Source: a virus (Duplodnaviria; Heunggongvirae; Uroviricota; Caudoviricetes). From it: a stretch of 26,380 bases of DNA. The position numbers were made by a program, and so were the translations under genes. The stretch lies in the IMG/VR virus record IMGVR_UViG_3300021963_000032. One strand, given 5' to 3'. Positions 25,720 through 26,380 of the stretch are shown here, one piece after another; position 1 is the stretch's first letter, and every line of letters starts with the position of its first letter. A model generated the notes under the pieces. It saw only the letters and a list, made by a program, of their open reading frames with translations. It had not been told where the DNA came from and made no database searches.

Positions 25720-26184
25720 ATGGCAAAATACAAATCAACAAAATTATTTGATGGGTACTCAGCATGCTTCCGTCAATGGAAAGCAGAAGATACACATTGC
25801 AAGTTCCTACATGGATACGCAGTTTCGTTCAGAGTATGGTTCGAAGGTGAATTAGACCATCGTAACTGGGTATGGGATTTTGGTGGCATGAAACGATCTA
25901 AAACTAAAATTGCAGGAATGTCTCCAAAGGATTATTTTTCATTTTTATTAGACCACACTACAATTGTAGCTATTGATGATCCATACCTAGAAAACTTCAA
26001 ACAGATGGACGAAGATGGTATCATACAGTTACGCATCTTACCAGCCACTGGATGTGAAAAGTTCGCAGAGCATTTGTATTATACAATCAATGCATTCTTA
26101 AAAGAAGAAACTGAAGGACGAGTGAAGGCAGTCAAAGTAGAAGTTTATGAACACGAAAGAAACTCAGCAAGTTATGAAGGATAG
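25720..26184 (+). CDS. queD: 6-carboxy-5,6,7,8-tetrahydropterin synthase / PTPS-family protein (QueD-like)
   Basis: HCKFLHGY, WVWDFGGMK, LDHT, GCEKFAE, VEVYEHERNSASY. Confidence 0.85.
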   Translation: MAKYKSTKLFDGYSACFRQWKAEDTHCKFLHGYAVSFRVWFEGELDHRNWVWDFGGMKRSKTKIAGMSPKDYFSFLLDHTTIVAIDDPYLENFKQMDEDGIIQLRILPATGCEKFAEHLYYTINAFLKEETEGRVKAVKVEVYEHERNSASYEG

Positions 26185-26380
26185 TAAAGATCAAATAATG
26201 TTAGCTGATGGTTTCGAGGAAGCTATTATAGGCCTAGACGCTTCTCAAGAGGTAGTCAGAGTAGTGTACGACATTGACGCTATTATTTCAATCCTAATGG
26301 AGCGAGATGAGATGACAGAGGAAGATGCACTGGAGCATTTCAGCTACAACATTCAAGGAGCCTATGTAGGCGAAGGAACA
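26174..26380 (+). CDS. Hypothetical phage protein (3'-truncated; absent from the supplied ORF track)
   Basis: My translation is MKDSKDQIMLADGFEEAIIGLDASQEVVRVVYDIDAIISILMERDEMTEEDALEHFSYNIQGAYVGEGT, open to the window end; it overlaps the queD stop. Confidence 0.75.
   Translation, partial: MKDSKDQIMLADGFEEAIIGLDASQEVVRVVYDIDAIISILMERDEMTEEDALEHFSYNIQGAYVGEGT

Noticed and set aside
1-26380. Stop-codon reassignment, introns/inteins, tRNAs
   Set aside because: TAA, TAG and TGA all end genes at sensible boundaries; RecA, DnaB and NrdJ are normal length and uninterrupted; no intergenic gap has a cloverleaf

Overview
Gene-dense, all plus-strand segment of a large contractile-tailed (myovirus-type) dsDNA phage, read in the standard genetic code. 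The left half (1-15127) is a tail module: tail fibre end, sheath, tube, Zn-finger tail/hub assembly chaperone with a probable programmed frameshift, tape measure and baseplate genes. The right half (15158-26380) is a replication/nucleotide module: an unusually compact family-A polymerase, gp32-like SSB, RecA/UvsX, stand-alone 5'-3' exonuclease, DnaB-like helicase, class II ribonucleotide reductase, a PD-(D/E)xK nuclease-like protein and QueD. Two promoter-like motifs can be read from the intergenic DNA. TATTTATA precedes mostly structural genes. TTGnnn-N16/17-TAnnnT precedes replication genes, and in three of four cases the ATG sits exactly at the predicted +1, implying leaderless mRNAs. The lack of Shine-Dalgarno sites and the promoter shape suggest a Bacteroidota host (inference). 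The strongest candidates for new biology are the thumb-less PolA with a substituted steric gate plus its small neighbour, the U7-plus-hairpin +1/-2 frameshift, the structured SSB leader, and late-expressed proteins (including a nuclease) that may be packaged in the head. All functional calls come from motif recognition; no database searches were run.
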